Source: Octopus bimaculoides
Lineage: Eukaryota
Length of the DNA stretch: 45,532 nt
Direction of reading: 5' to 3'
Assembly (NCBI RefSeq): GCF_001194135.2
Contig: NC_068982.1
Location: 22,923,543 to 22,969,074 of the forward strand
This document shows positions 1-9,798 of this stretch, piece by piece. A model generated the notes under the pieces. The model saw nothing but the letters and a program-made list of their open reading frames with translations, was not told the origin of the DNA and searched no databases. Made by a program: the position numbers and the translations under genes. Each line of letters starts with the position of its first letter. Positions within the stretch are counted from its first letter, which is position 1.

Positions 1-39
<39 letters not shown>

Positions 40-600
40 CCATCTATTCTTCGATGTCTACTTTTATTTTCCTCTCACTCTCATCCATCACGCCTTCTAC
101 CTCTCTCCTGCCTCTCCCCCTCTGTCTGTCTTTCTGTGTCTCTCACCCACTCAGAGAATTTCTTCCTTCCCTCCTCTCTTCCTCTCATAATCGATTCTTA
201 TACCTTGATGTCTGTTTCGATTCCGCTCTCTCTCTCATCCATCACATTTTCAATATGTCTGCATCTCTCCCCACTTCTCTCACTCTCTCTCTCCTTCTCT
301 CTCTTTCAAACTTTTCTTCTCTAAATGTTTCTTTCTAAATGTCTCTCTCTCACTCCTCTCATTCTCTCTTCCTCTTTTTCACTCCCACTGTCTCTCTTCC
401 ATCTAGAAATCGCTTCTATTCTAATCTATCACAACCTGACCCCTTTCTTCACATTCCTTCTTTCACTTTCTCTTTCCATTCTACTTCACTGCTTCCGTTT
501 CGCTCACACTCTCGCATCCACCTCTCTGACACTCTTACCCCACTCTCTCTCTCTCTATTGGTCTCACACTCTCTACTCACACCTGTCCCTCTATCATATA
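1..600. repeat. (TC)n microsatellite followed by a long degenerate polypyrimidine tract
   Basis: Pure (TC)n at 1-35, then C/T-rich low-complexity sequence. The S/L/F-rich ORFs here are its translation. Confidence 0.95.
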
Positions 601-1009
601 TTTGTATACGTCTGCGTTTTTATTACATGCGACGATTGAATAATATCACAGTGATATTTCATTTGCTTATCGTTGCTTCATCATTTAGCCTTCACCTCAA
701 ACACCTTCGACACACATGCCCGTCCCCGCCACACTACTATCGTTCTCTGTCTTTCCGCTCATGTATTATTGGCGTATCGAGTTATCTAGTGAGCTGGTGT
801 CAACACTAACTTGTCTATTGATAATTGCATTTGCTAAAGAATTATCGCAAAACTTTAAATTCTGCCGCTGTCTTGCTGCATTGGTTAATTAATCAACATG
901 CCGTTCCTTTTTGCTCAGAACGGCTTTTGTTCTATTCTATTTTGTTTTGTTTCGCAATTTGGCCCCCGTTCTATAAAACCGACTTTAAACACATACTTTC
1001 ACAACATAC

Positions 1010-1399
1010 TGGTATACACACACACATACTCACAAACACTTTCTATCTCTCTCACGCCTCTCTCTCGCACTATCTCTCTCACTCTAACACGCACATACAC
1101 ATACATACACATACATATATGCTTACTTAGAGTTTGACTCAGATCCACATGACTCAAGGTTTTGTGGACGCGGAGGACACTTTCGCCTCATCAGGTCTAC
1201 GCATCTACGAAACTTTAAGTCGATGTGCAACTGAATGAAACCGTTATTAAATACTTATAACTCCAACCAAATGTATTGAGTGCTACTTTCTTTCGTTTGT
1301 CCACTTACTCGTTTTTGTGTGTGTATTTGAATATATATGTATGTATATGTGTATGTGTGCGCGCGTGTGTATAGATAGATACATATACTACACGCACAT

Positions 1400-1440
<41 letters not shown>

Positions 1441-1721
1441 TTACATGCCGTAATGGTGAGATATTCAGTCAAATATATAAAAAAAAGTACTCAATGCGCT
1501 CGGAGTGAGTGGAATAATAGCTGAGCCTGTGTGAATCGTTATATAGATTTTCTCTCTTTCATGTGTTGATACCAAGGCTTTTGAGGAGCGCGTACGACAA
1601 ACTCAGAGTAATGACGTACACAGACGTATCTATGAATAAATATTTAATACCTATGCGTACCTGTGTGTGCGTTTTTGTCTACACATATGTATATATATAT
1701 ACATACATACTTACATACATA

Positions 1722-1770
<49 letters not shown>

Positions 1771-2249
1771 ATATATAAATGAATGTGTGAATGAGTATTA
1801 ATGTATATATACGTATATACATCCACATCACAGATTTTATATATACATTCATGATTACGTACATACTCGTGCACATTCACACAAAAGCGCGCGCACGCAC
1901 ACACACACACACACACATATATATGATTGTATATGTTGGGTTACAACGGAGCGTTCAATCAATAATTCTTTGTTCTTTTACCTTCTTTGTTTTTCTTCAA
2001 CTTTATTTACCTTCATCAGGTTTCTGATAATGCTATGGATCGATTTCAAGATAAATTGATTAGAGCTCTTAGATATTCATCTCTAGCGTAGTTGCAAACA
2101 CACACGCGCACGCGCGCGACACACACACAAAGCACTTCAGCATACATGCATATAACAAGCGAATGACACAACCCACACACACATGTATATACATATTTAT
2201 ACATATACACACACACATATATAGACATATATATATATATAATGTGTAT

Positions 2250-2294
<45 letters not shown>
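1010..2294. repeat. Cluster of (CA)n, (TA)n and (TG)n microsatellites with short unique spacers
   Basis: Tracts read directly, e.g. (CA)n about 1400-1437, (TA)n about 1690-1778, and (TA)n running into the gap at 2295. Confidence 0.9.
2020..2091 (+). CDS. Candidate terminal coding exon (VSDNAMDRFQDKLIRALRYSSLA*), unassigned
   Basis: About 50-nt pyrimidine tract ending in CAG at 2017-2019, then 23 open codons to TAG at 2089-2091. No recognised homologue and no partner exon. Confidence 0.2.
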   Translation, partial: VSDNAMDRFQDKLIRALRYSSLA

Positions 2295-3180
2295 NNNNNN
2301 NNNNNNNNNNNNNNNNNNNNNNNNNNNNNNNNNNNNNNNNNNNNNNNNNNNNNNNNNNNNNNNNNNNNNNNNNNNNNNNNNNNNNNNNNNNNNNNNNNNN
2401 NNNNNNNNNNNNNNNNNNNNNNNNNNNNNNNNNNNNNNNNNNNNNNNNNNNNNNNNNNNNNNNNNNNNNNNNNNNNNNNNNNNNNNNNNNNNNNNNNNNN
2501 NNNNNNNNNNNNNNNNNNNNNNNNNNNNNNNNNNNNNNNNNNNNNNNNNNNNNNNNNNNNNNNNNNNNNNNNNNNNNNNNNNNNNNNNNNNNNNNNNNNN
2601 NNNNNNNNNNNNNNNNNNNNNNNNNNNNNNNNNNNNNNNNNNNNNNNNNNNNNNNNNNNNNNNNNNNNNNNNNNNNNNNNNNNNNNNNNNNNNNNNNNNN
2701 NNNNNNNNNNNNNNNNNNNNNNNNNNNNNNNNNNNNNNNNNNNNNNNNNNNNNNNNNNNNNNNNNNNNNNNNNNNNNNNNNNNNNNNNNNNNNNNNNNNN
2801 NNNNNNNNNNNNNNNNNNNNNNNNNNNNNNNNNNNNNNNNNNNNNNNNNNNNNNNNNNNNNNNNNNNNNNNNNNNNNNNNNNNNNNNNNNNNNNNNNNNN
2901 NNNNNNNNNNNNNNNNNNNNNNNNNNNNNNNNNNNNNNNNNNNNNNNNNNNNNNNNNNNNNNNNNNNNNNNNNNNNNNNNNNNNNNNNNNNNNNNNNNNN
3001 NNNNNNNNNNNNNNNNNNNNNNNNNNNNNNNNNNNNNNNNAAAAAAAAAAAAAAAAATTGTTGACCCCCCAACTACCAATTGAATGTGATTGGATTGAGT
3101 AATGGACATCTGAGTGAAATATAACTGGAAACTGGAAATCTTCGTCGTGCGCACGTGTGTATTATATATTATTATATATA

Positions 3181-3216
<36 letters not shown>

Positions 3217-3223
3217 CATATAT

Positions 3224-3377
3224 GACGTGGCTGTGTGGTAAGAAGCTTGCTTTCCCAACCCCACGGTTCCGGGTTCAGTCCCGCTACGTCGCACTCTGGG
3301 CAAGTGTCCTCTACTATAGCTCCGGGCCAACCAAAGCCTTGTGAGTGGATTTGATAGGTAGAAACTGAAAGAAGTCC
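3224..3377 (+). mobile_element. SINE family A, 5' part (tRNA-derived head plus CORE-like body)
   Basis: A-box-like GTGGCTGTGTGG, B-box-like GGTTCAGTCCC, then GGGCAAGTGTC...GCCTTGTGAGTGGATTTG. Matches the copies at 16954-17419 and 26882-27307. Confidence 0.9.
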
Positions 3378-3600
3378 AACGCTTGACCACTAGATCTACA
3401 AGTTTTTTTTTATTCTCTTTCTGTTTATTTTCTCAAGTTCCTTTCTGTTAAAGAGTGTAGACTCAAAACATAAAAGACTTTCTCACTTTCTCTGCTTGTT
3501 CATGATACACCTGCTTGTTCATACACCTATCTTAGTCTTGTTCATGCATGTCTTCGGCGTTTGTCTTCCTGTAAATTTCGACGATATATCATATGTATAT
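3378..3600 (+). mobile_element. PLE-type terminal-repeat fragment with a decayed hammerhead motif (3441-3476)
   Basis: Homologous to 18684-18812. Reads CTTT-CTGTTAA-A-GAGT gtag ACTC-AAAAC-ATA-AAAG and ends at (TA) next to a gap. PLE identity is inferred from the motif. Confidence 0.55.
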
Positions 3601-4203
3601 ATAGANNNNNNNNNNNNNNNNNNNNNNNNNNNNNNNNNNNNNNNNNNNNNNNNNNNNNNNNNNNNNNNNNNNNNNNNNNNNNNNNNNNNNNNNNNNNNNN
3701 NNNNNNNNNNNNNNNNNNNNNNNNNNNNNNNNNNNNNNNNNNNNNNNNNNNNNNNNNNNNNNNNNNNNNNNNNNNNNNNNNNNNNNNNNNNNNNNNNNNN
3801 NNNNNNNNNNNNNNNNNNNNNNNNNNNNNNNNNNNNNNNNNNNNNNNNNNNNNNNNNNNNTATATATATATATATATATATATACACTCTCTCTTTACAT
3901 ATATATATATATATATAGTCTCAGTGCAAAAGAATAAAAGAATACATGTATATATATATATATATATATGCGTGTGAGTGTAAGAGTGAGAAGAGGGAGA
4001 GAGAGAGTGAGAGTGAGAGAGAATATGTGTATGTATGTGTTCATGTGTGAATGTGTGTGTGTATGTGTGTGCATTCGTGTCTGTGTGTGCATGTATGTGC
4101 GTGTATATGTATGTGTATATGTGTGTAGGTGTGTGTTTGCGAAAATGTGTGTGTGTGTAATACAATATAATATAATATATAATCTCTTAATTCTTATAGT
4201 CAT

Positions 4204-4390
4204 ATGACTGCGGCTAGGATGGGGAACAACTTTGAAGAATTCATAGTCGAATTGGCTACCTCCTCGTGCCGGGAGTGGGTAATTTGCGCACCTGCTGCCT
4301 TCCTTAGATGTGGTAGCCATTTCGCATGCTACCTCTCCGGAATCATCGAACCCTGATTTGTACGACGATCGTTTCGACCCATTCTGCTAA
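4204..4390 (-). mobile_element. Probable PLE terminal-repeat relic retaining the 3' half of a hammerhead
   Basis: Minus strand reads GAAAC-GATC-GTC at 4375-4364, the same palindromic stem III as the 7317-7378 motif. No CTGANGA upstream, where a SINE A tail begins. Confidence 0.4.
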
Positions 4391-4394
4391 ACAA

Positions 4395-4562
4395 ACCGCT
4401 GTTGGTTTGTATATCTCTCCGTAACTTAGGAGTTCAGTTAAGTTACGGGGAGAATAGAATTAGTTTCGAAAATATTAGATCTTCGGGTCGAATGTCCGAT
4501 TAAAACCCCTCAAATTGGTGCCCCTGCATGGCCACAGTCAAATGAGTGAAACAAGAAAAAAA
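4395..4562 (+). mobile_element. SINE family A, degenerate 3' tail
   Basis: CCGTAACTTAG...GGGTCGA...CATGGCCACAGTCAAATGAGTGAAACAAG matches the family A 3' end. Confidence 0.75.
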
Positions 4563-4951
4563 TAAATGGTAAACAATGAAAAATAAAATGAAAAGTTCAG
4601 GGATCAGGGATCAGGGATGAGAAAGACCATATGTATGATCGGAAAGACCCTATTTATAATGGTGACATCCTGTGTGGGTTAAAACCGTCAGATAACCAAA
4701 GGTAACGTTTGAGGGTTGTAAAGGAAATAGACAGTCTTCAGACAATGGCAGTTTAGTATTGTGATTATTGCGTGTTGTGTGGCGGGGAGGAGTTATACTA
4801 AATATAAAGAGGATAAGCTTTAAGGTAGATAATGACGCCAGCTTTAAAACGTCGCTAATATATAGATTTTTCATGAAGCTAACTGGCTAATCGCGACACC
4901 AGCACCTGTTCTGGCATTGTCAATTTACATATCGCTGGTGGGGAGCTGAAT

Positions 4952-5047
4952 CCCTGCTGTCTCTAGCAGTCGAGTGTCTATCATAGACAAAACGAAATAA
5001 GATCGAAATAGCGTGATCTGGTTGTCTCGGGGCTAGAGGTAGCAGGG
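4952..5047 (+). ncRNA. Candidate structured RNA: 16-bp helix closing a branched interior
   Basis: CCCTGCTGTCTCTAGC (4952-4967) pairs with GCTAGAGGTAGCAGGG (5032-5047), 14 WC plus 2 G-U. Internal hairpins TGTCTAT/ATAGACA and GATC/GATC. Confidence 0.35.
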
Positions 5048-5069
5048 TAATTATCTCCCTGCTATGCTG

Positions 5070-5400
5070 AGATTCCCTTCGGTCATGACTGACCATGGAA
5101 TTGCACCTAAAAGTTACCCTCCCAAGCACAAGTCCGGGCAAAGTTGTTTGATGGGATACCAGCAGTCGGCCATGTATACCGGCCTCCCCTCTCCATGTCA
5201 CCGATGTTATCTAAGGGAAAGGCAAAGACCGATACAGTTTGGCACCTGTGACGTCGCAACTCATTTCTACAGCTGAGTGAACAGGAGCAACGTGAAATAA
5301 AGTGTCTTGCTCAAGAACACAACACGCAGCTCGGTCCGGGATTCGAACTCACAACCTCACGATCGTAAGCTCGACGCTCTAACCACTGATCCATGCGCCT
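5070..5400 (-). mobile_element. SINE family C, near full length (tRNA-Arg-like head; OR1/OR2-like)
   Basis: Minus strand GGCGCATGGATCAGTGGTTAGAGCG...CTTACGATC...GAGTTCGAATCCC, then CTTGAGCAAGACACTTTATTTCACG. Shares its head and body with 41481-41732. Confidence 0.85.
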
Positions 5401-5919
5401 TTACTCTCTCCCTGCTAACGATATAAAAAAAGAGCGCATTTTGCCCCTAAAATCCAATATGAGAGTTTCTCTTGTGGTAACTATAGAGGTAAAGGTTGTT
5501 CTAATAAAATAACCACGTTTAAGTGGATATAAATATTACCCCTCGATAGTAGTACTGCTTCTGTTGCTAATATATATTTAGTATTGAAAGTGTATGGAAG
5601 TTCATTGGGATTGAACAAAATATAAAGTTATCACTAGATTCAACTAAAGTGAAGTATAACGGATCAAGATAAAATAAAATAGAATAAAAATAAAGTAAAA
5701 TAGATTAAAATGTGGTAAATAAAGTAGAGTAAATAAATAGATTGAATAAATAAATGAATAAATAAAACTAAGTAAATATAAGACATTAATTTAACTGATA
5801 TTTAATTTAAATAGCTAATATATAAATTATAAGCTAGGTGAAGAGTAAAAATATAAGTGGTCGCTATAGAAATTAAATGTCGTATGACGAGGTAAGGCAA
5901 GAATAAAATAAAATAAGAC

Positions 5920-5960
<41 letters not shown>

Positions 5961-6154
5961 TCATTTAATTGAATAATTTTGAGTTATATCTCAACTATGT
6001 TTTAGTGAAAGTAATGTGTAAAAGAGGGACTTATTGTATATAGCAATTACATTACGTCATCAGACTCTATTTCACCTGCATTCTCTCTCTCACTGTATAA
6101 TATATATATATATATGGTAAATGAAAGACGGATGATGGAATATACGAGAATTTT

Positions 6155-6270
6155 TATTAATCCTGACAATAGTCTCGACACATCTAGCATCGATCCCTCA
6201 CGGGTGGGGCACTTAACAACGGGTTCAGGATTATCCGGCAGTGCAAATGTGTCTCATCAGGTGATGAATA
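6155..6270 (-). ncRNA. Decayed type I hammerhead with a 63-nt insertion in stem II
   Basis: CTGATGA-GACACAT-(63 nt)-ATGTGTC-GAGAC-TATT-GTC. GAAA is changed to GAGA, and stem I pairs 7 of 10 with both core-proximal pairs broken. Confidence 0.65.
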
Positions 6271-6480
6271 GACATAACTCGTTAAAATAACAGTACCGCA
6301 GTGAGGTAATTGGTGATAGTTATAACTCGGGACAGGGGAGGTAATTGCTCATTTTTGGGGTGAGCTAAATAAGCATACAAAACCTCATAAGCTAAAGTGG
6401 TGAGATGAAATATGTACATTGATGGATATGTGATTTTGAATTTCAATATATACTGAGACTAAAGTTGGTGTTGCGTTTAT

Positions 6481-6660
6481 ATTTAGGCGTGTTCTGTATT
6501 TTTTTGATAAATAAATTTTCTTTATGTAAGCGTTCTTGTGTAGAAATTGCTTCTTTGCACTGGTAGATGGGGAAAACTGTGAAAAATGGTTGGAGATTCC
6601 CTGAACATCTCTCTGCGTTCACTCACAGATATCTGTCTATACTTTGGGAAGCGGATATGT
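6481..6660 (-). pseudogene. PLE GIY-YIG endonuclease C-terminal fragment
   Basis: With two frameshifts: HIRFPKYRQISVSE..NLQPFFTVFPIYQCKEAISTQERLHKENLFIKK/YRTRLN. Fits the PLE endonuclease end (H..C...R...E..FI.KY...LN). Confidence 0.75.
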
Positions 6661-6817
6661 TACTGCTTCTCCAACATACTGAGAATTCAGAAATAGCAGT
6701 CAAAGAACTACTGATTTCAAAACTACAAATTATTACTCCAGATTGATAGCGATATTTTTGATACACACAGAACAAAAAACAGTAGAGAAGAGTAAAAGAA
6801 CCACCTGCCTTTAGTTA

Positions 6818-6879
6818 ATTTAGTACGATCGTTTCGCAGTTAAAAGTAAAGAATACTCTATTCTGATCTTCAGCTAAAT
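6818..6879 (-). ncRNA. Type I hammerhead motif, left arm copy
   Basis: ATTTAG-CTGAAGA-T-CAG..AGAGTA ttctt TACTTT..CTG-C-GAAAC-GATC-GTA-CTAAAT. Confidence 0.75.
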
Positions 6880-7316
6880 ATTCCAATAAATTTGTTAACG
6901 TCTAAATAACTCACGTTAATTTTGACCATGCGACATCAATACCACGTGAGGAAGACGTTAAGAAATTTATCGGCCAGTGAGTTCAAAATCTCTCGCTCTA
7001 ATGAATTNNNNNNNNNNNNNNNNNNNNNNNNNNNNNNNNNNNNNNNNNNNNNNNNNNNNNNNNNNNNNNNNNNNNNNNNNNNNNNNNNNNNNNNNNNNNN
7101 NNNNNNNNNNNNNNNNNNNNNNNNNNNNNNNNNNNNNNNNNNNNNNNNNNNNNNNNNNNNNNNNNNNNNNNNNNNNNNNNNNNNNNNNNNNNNNNNNNNN
7201 NNNNNNNNNNNNNNNNNNNNNNNNNNNNNNNNNNNNNNNNNNNNNNNNNNNNNNNNNNNNNNNNNNNNNNNNNNNNNNNNNNNNNNNNNNNNNNNCGTTA
7301 ACAAATTTATTGGAAT

Positions 7317-7378
7317 ATTTAGCTGAAGATCAGAATAGAGTATTCTTTACTCTTAACTGTGAAACGATCGTACTAAAT
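7317..7378 (+). ncRNA. Type I hammerhead motif, right arm copy
   Basis: Stem I ATTTAG/CTAAAT; CTGAAGA 7323-7329; stem II CAG/CTG plus AGAGTA/TACTCT; GAAA 7361-7364; palindromic ACGATCGT; GTA triplet 7370-7372. The 10.1-11.1 pair is U.U rather than R-Y. Confidence 0.78.
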
Positions 7379-7564
7379 TAACTAAAGGCAGGTGGTTTTT
7401 TTACTCTTCTCTACTGTTTTTTGTTCTGTGTGTATCAAAAATATCGCTATCAATCTGGAGTAATAATTTGTAGTTTTGAAATCAGTAGTTCTTTGACTGC
7501 TATTTCTGAATTCTCAGTATGTTGGAGAAGCAGGTTACTGTCAATCCCTATATATTTATGATTA

Positions 7565-8062
7565 TATCTATGTATGTATGTATGTATGTATGTATGTATG
7601 TATGTATGTATGTATGTATGTATCTATCTATTTATAGATAAGTGGCTAGACATATATGTGTAGAGAGAGTGAGAGAGAGTGAGAGAGAGTGAGAGAGAGT
7701 GAGAGACAGTGTGTTTACGTATGTGTGAGAGAGAGAGTAAGAGAGAGAGAGTAAGTGAGAGAGAGTAAGAGAGAGAGTAAGAGAGAGAGAGTAAGAGAGA
7801 GAGAGAGAGTAAGAGAAAGAGAGTAAGAGAGAGAGANNNNNNNNNNGAGAGAGAGAGAGAGTAAGAGAGAGAATGAGAGAAGATAGAGAGTGAGAGAGAA
7901 AGAGAGAGAGAGAAAAATGGAGAAAGAGAGCGGGAGAAAGAGAGAAAGAGAATGGGAGAGTGACAAGGAGAACGGGTGAGCAAGGGGGAAAATGGCAGAG
8001 AAACAGTGTGTGAGAAATAATTAGAAAGAGAGAGTGAGAGAGAGAGAGAGAAAGACAGAGAA

Positions 8063-8094
<32 letters not shown>

Positions 8095-8154
8095 AGTGAA
8101 ATAGATAGATAGATAGAGAGAGGGAGGGAGAGAGAGAGGGAGGGAGAGAGGGAG
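7565..8154. repeat. (TATG)n followed by a degenerate (GA)n / GAGT / GTAA purine tract
   Basis: Read directly; runs into the gap at 8155. Confidence 0.92.
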
Positions 8155-8770
8155 NNNNNNNNNNNNNNNNNNNNNNNNNNNNNNNNNNNNNNNNNNNNNN
8201 NNNNNNNNNNNNNNNNNNNNNNNNNNNNNNNNNNNNNNNNNNNNNNNNNNNNNNNNNNNNNNNNNNNNNNNNNNNNNNNNNNNNNNNNNNNNNNNNNNNN
8301 NNNNNNNNNNNNNNNNNNNNNNNNNNNNNNNNNNNNNNNNNNNNNNNNNNNNNNNNNNNNNNNNNNNNNNNNNNNNNNNNNNNNNNNNNNNNNNNNNNNN
8401 NNNNNNNNNNNNNNNNNNNNNNNNNNNNNNNNNNNNNNNNNNNNNNNNNNNNNNNNNNNNNNNNNNNNNNNNNNNNNNNNNNNNNNNNNNNNNNNNNNNN
8501 NNNNNNNNNNNNNNNNNNNNNNNNNNNNNNNNNNNNNNNNNNNNNNNNNNNNNNNNNNNNNNNNNNNNNNNNNNNNNNNNNNNNNNNNNNNNNNNNNNNN
8601 NNNNNNNNNNNNNNNNNNNNNNNNNNNNNNNNNNNNNNNNNNNNNNNNNNNNNNNNNNNNNNNNNNNNNNNNNNNNNNNNNNNNNNNNNNNNNNNNNNNN
8701 NNNNNNNNNNNNNNNNNNNNNNNNNNNNNNNNNNNNNNNNNNNNNNNNNNNNNNNNNNNNNNNNNNNNNN

Positions 8771-8813
<43 letters not shown>

Positions 8814-9552
8814 GACCTAATGTTTCCAGAACAAGAATATATATTTTTTTTCTATACTTTCTCGAAGGTAAAGTGTAATATGGGGGATATTGGGTATTAA
8901 ATTCTAGCAGATTCAGCAACTATCTATATGCTTCTGAGTTGGATTTTAGTGCGTAATATGTACAAGACTGCACGAACAGGAAATCTTTATGCAGTGTTTC
9001 AGGTGAAAGTTAATTTGGAGATGATTCCTTGGTAAATTTTAAACATAGCGTGCCAATTAGTGAAGCTCTCATTCATTGAACAGTACCGATAAAACGTGCA
9101 GCTGTTAAGCTAATCGTTTGCCTGGTGGTCACAATTACTCATTTATCGAACAGTGCTTACGTTACTTAGAGCAGATAGCTAAACTTATTCATGTAAAAAT
9201 CAAGATACCTCGGAAACTGATGGTGATCTAATTCAGTAACTTTATATAATGAAATTCAGGAGATTGGATAAGATCATATGAGCCGAAGAAGAGAGGGGTC
9301 TGCAGATTCGAAGCGAACCGTCAGTCTCGGTACGTGGGATTCGTTTTCCCAGATACTCATGAATTCACACACATGCGCGAACACAATAAATAAACAGTGG
9401 TTACTAATTAAATATTTAGTGAATACAAGATGCAAGTTCATATGTACTCACATGATCTTGTAGGAATAGTAGCTAAATAACACTGCATCTGTCTTAAATC
9501 ATATGAAATGAGTTTAGTTCGGGATACACTGTATGAATATAAGAGAATGTAC

Positions 9553-9694
9553 CTTGGTTTGTCTTGTGTCCTCAACTTCTCGAGAGAATAGTTCGGACGT
9601 AGTCGCTGTCCTTGTATACGGCATACCTTGGTGGTGTTTTGAATCTCGTAAACATCTCCAACTCTCTCTAAGTCTGATTAGAGATGATTTCTTC
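9553..9694 (-). CDS. Candidate internal coding exon (KKSSLIRLRESWRCLRDSKHHQGMPYTRTATTSELFSREVEDTRQTK), unassigned
   Basis: Minus-strand acceptor GCTTATCTTTCAG|G after a long (TC)n tract. 47 open codons. Donors CAAG|GTATGC (after 9627) and CAAG|GTACAT (after 9553). No homologue recognised. Confidence 0.35.
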
Positions 9695-9738
9695 CTGAAA
9701 GATAAGCAGACTGACAGGAGAAGATGGAGGTAGGAGAG

Positions 9739-9739
<1 letters not shown>

Positions 9740-9798
<59 letters not shown>

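Larger units (their letters stand above)
6116..6662 (-). mobile_element. Penelope-like element 3' end: GIY-YIG C-terminus, 3' UTR/pLTR and hammerhead, ending in (TA)n
   Basis: Frameshifted peptide at 6660-6481 followed downstream by a hammerhead-type motif at 6270-6155. Confidence 0.8.
6663..7533. mobile_element. Element bounded by 238-bp inverted repeats (inverted PLE-type pLTRs) with a 4-bp GTTA direct repeat outside; interior partly in a gap
   Basis: 6663-6900 is the reverse complement of 7296-7533 with 3 substitutions by eye. GTTA at 6659-6662 and 7534-7537. Each arm carries a hammerhead motif. Confidence 0.75.

Noticed and set aside
54-809. S/L/F/H-rich ORFs, and all YI, CV, HT, RE, poly-I/L/Y/N/M ORFs elsewhere
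   Set aside because: Translations of microsatellites, which lack stops in several frames.
1176-1194. Minus-strand CTGATGA-GGC-GAAA-GT-GTC
   Set aside because: Both core halves are present, but stem II has no room to form and no stem I or III pairing can be drawn.
4700-4750. Minus-strand CTGAAGA...CAAACGTT, with a weak LHEKSIY*RRFK peptide upstream
   Set aside because: No GAAA, no stem II and poor stem I; the peptide is too short and broken to call a GIY-YIG.
5320-5400. tRNA-Arg(ACG)-like sequence on the minus strand
   Set aside because: No acceptor stem closure, and it runs straight into a SINE body shared with 41481-41732; it is a SINE head, not a tRNA gene.
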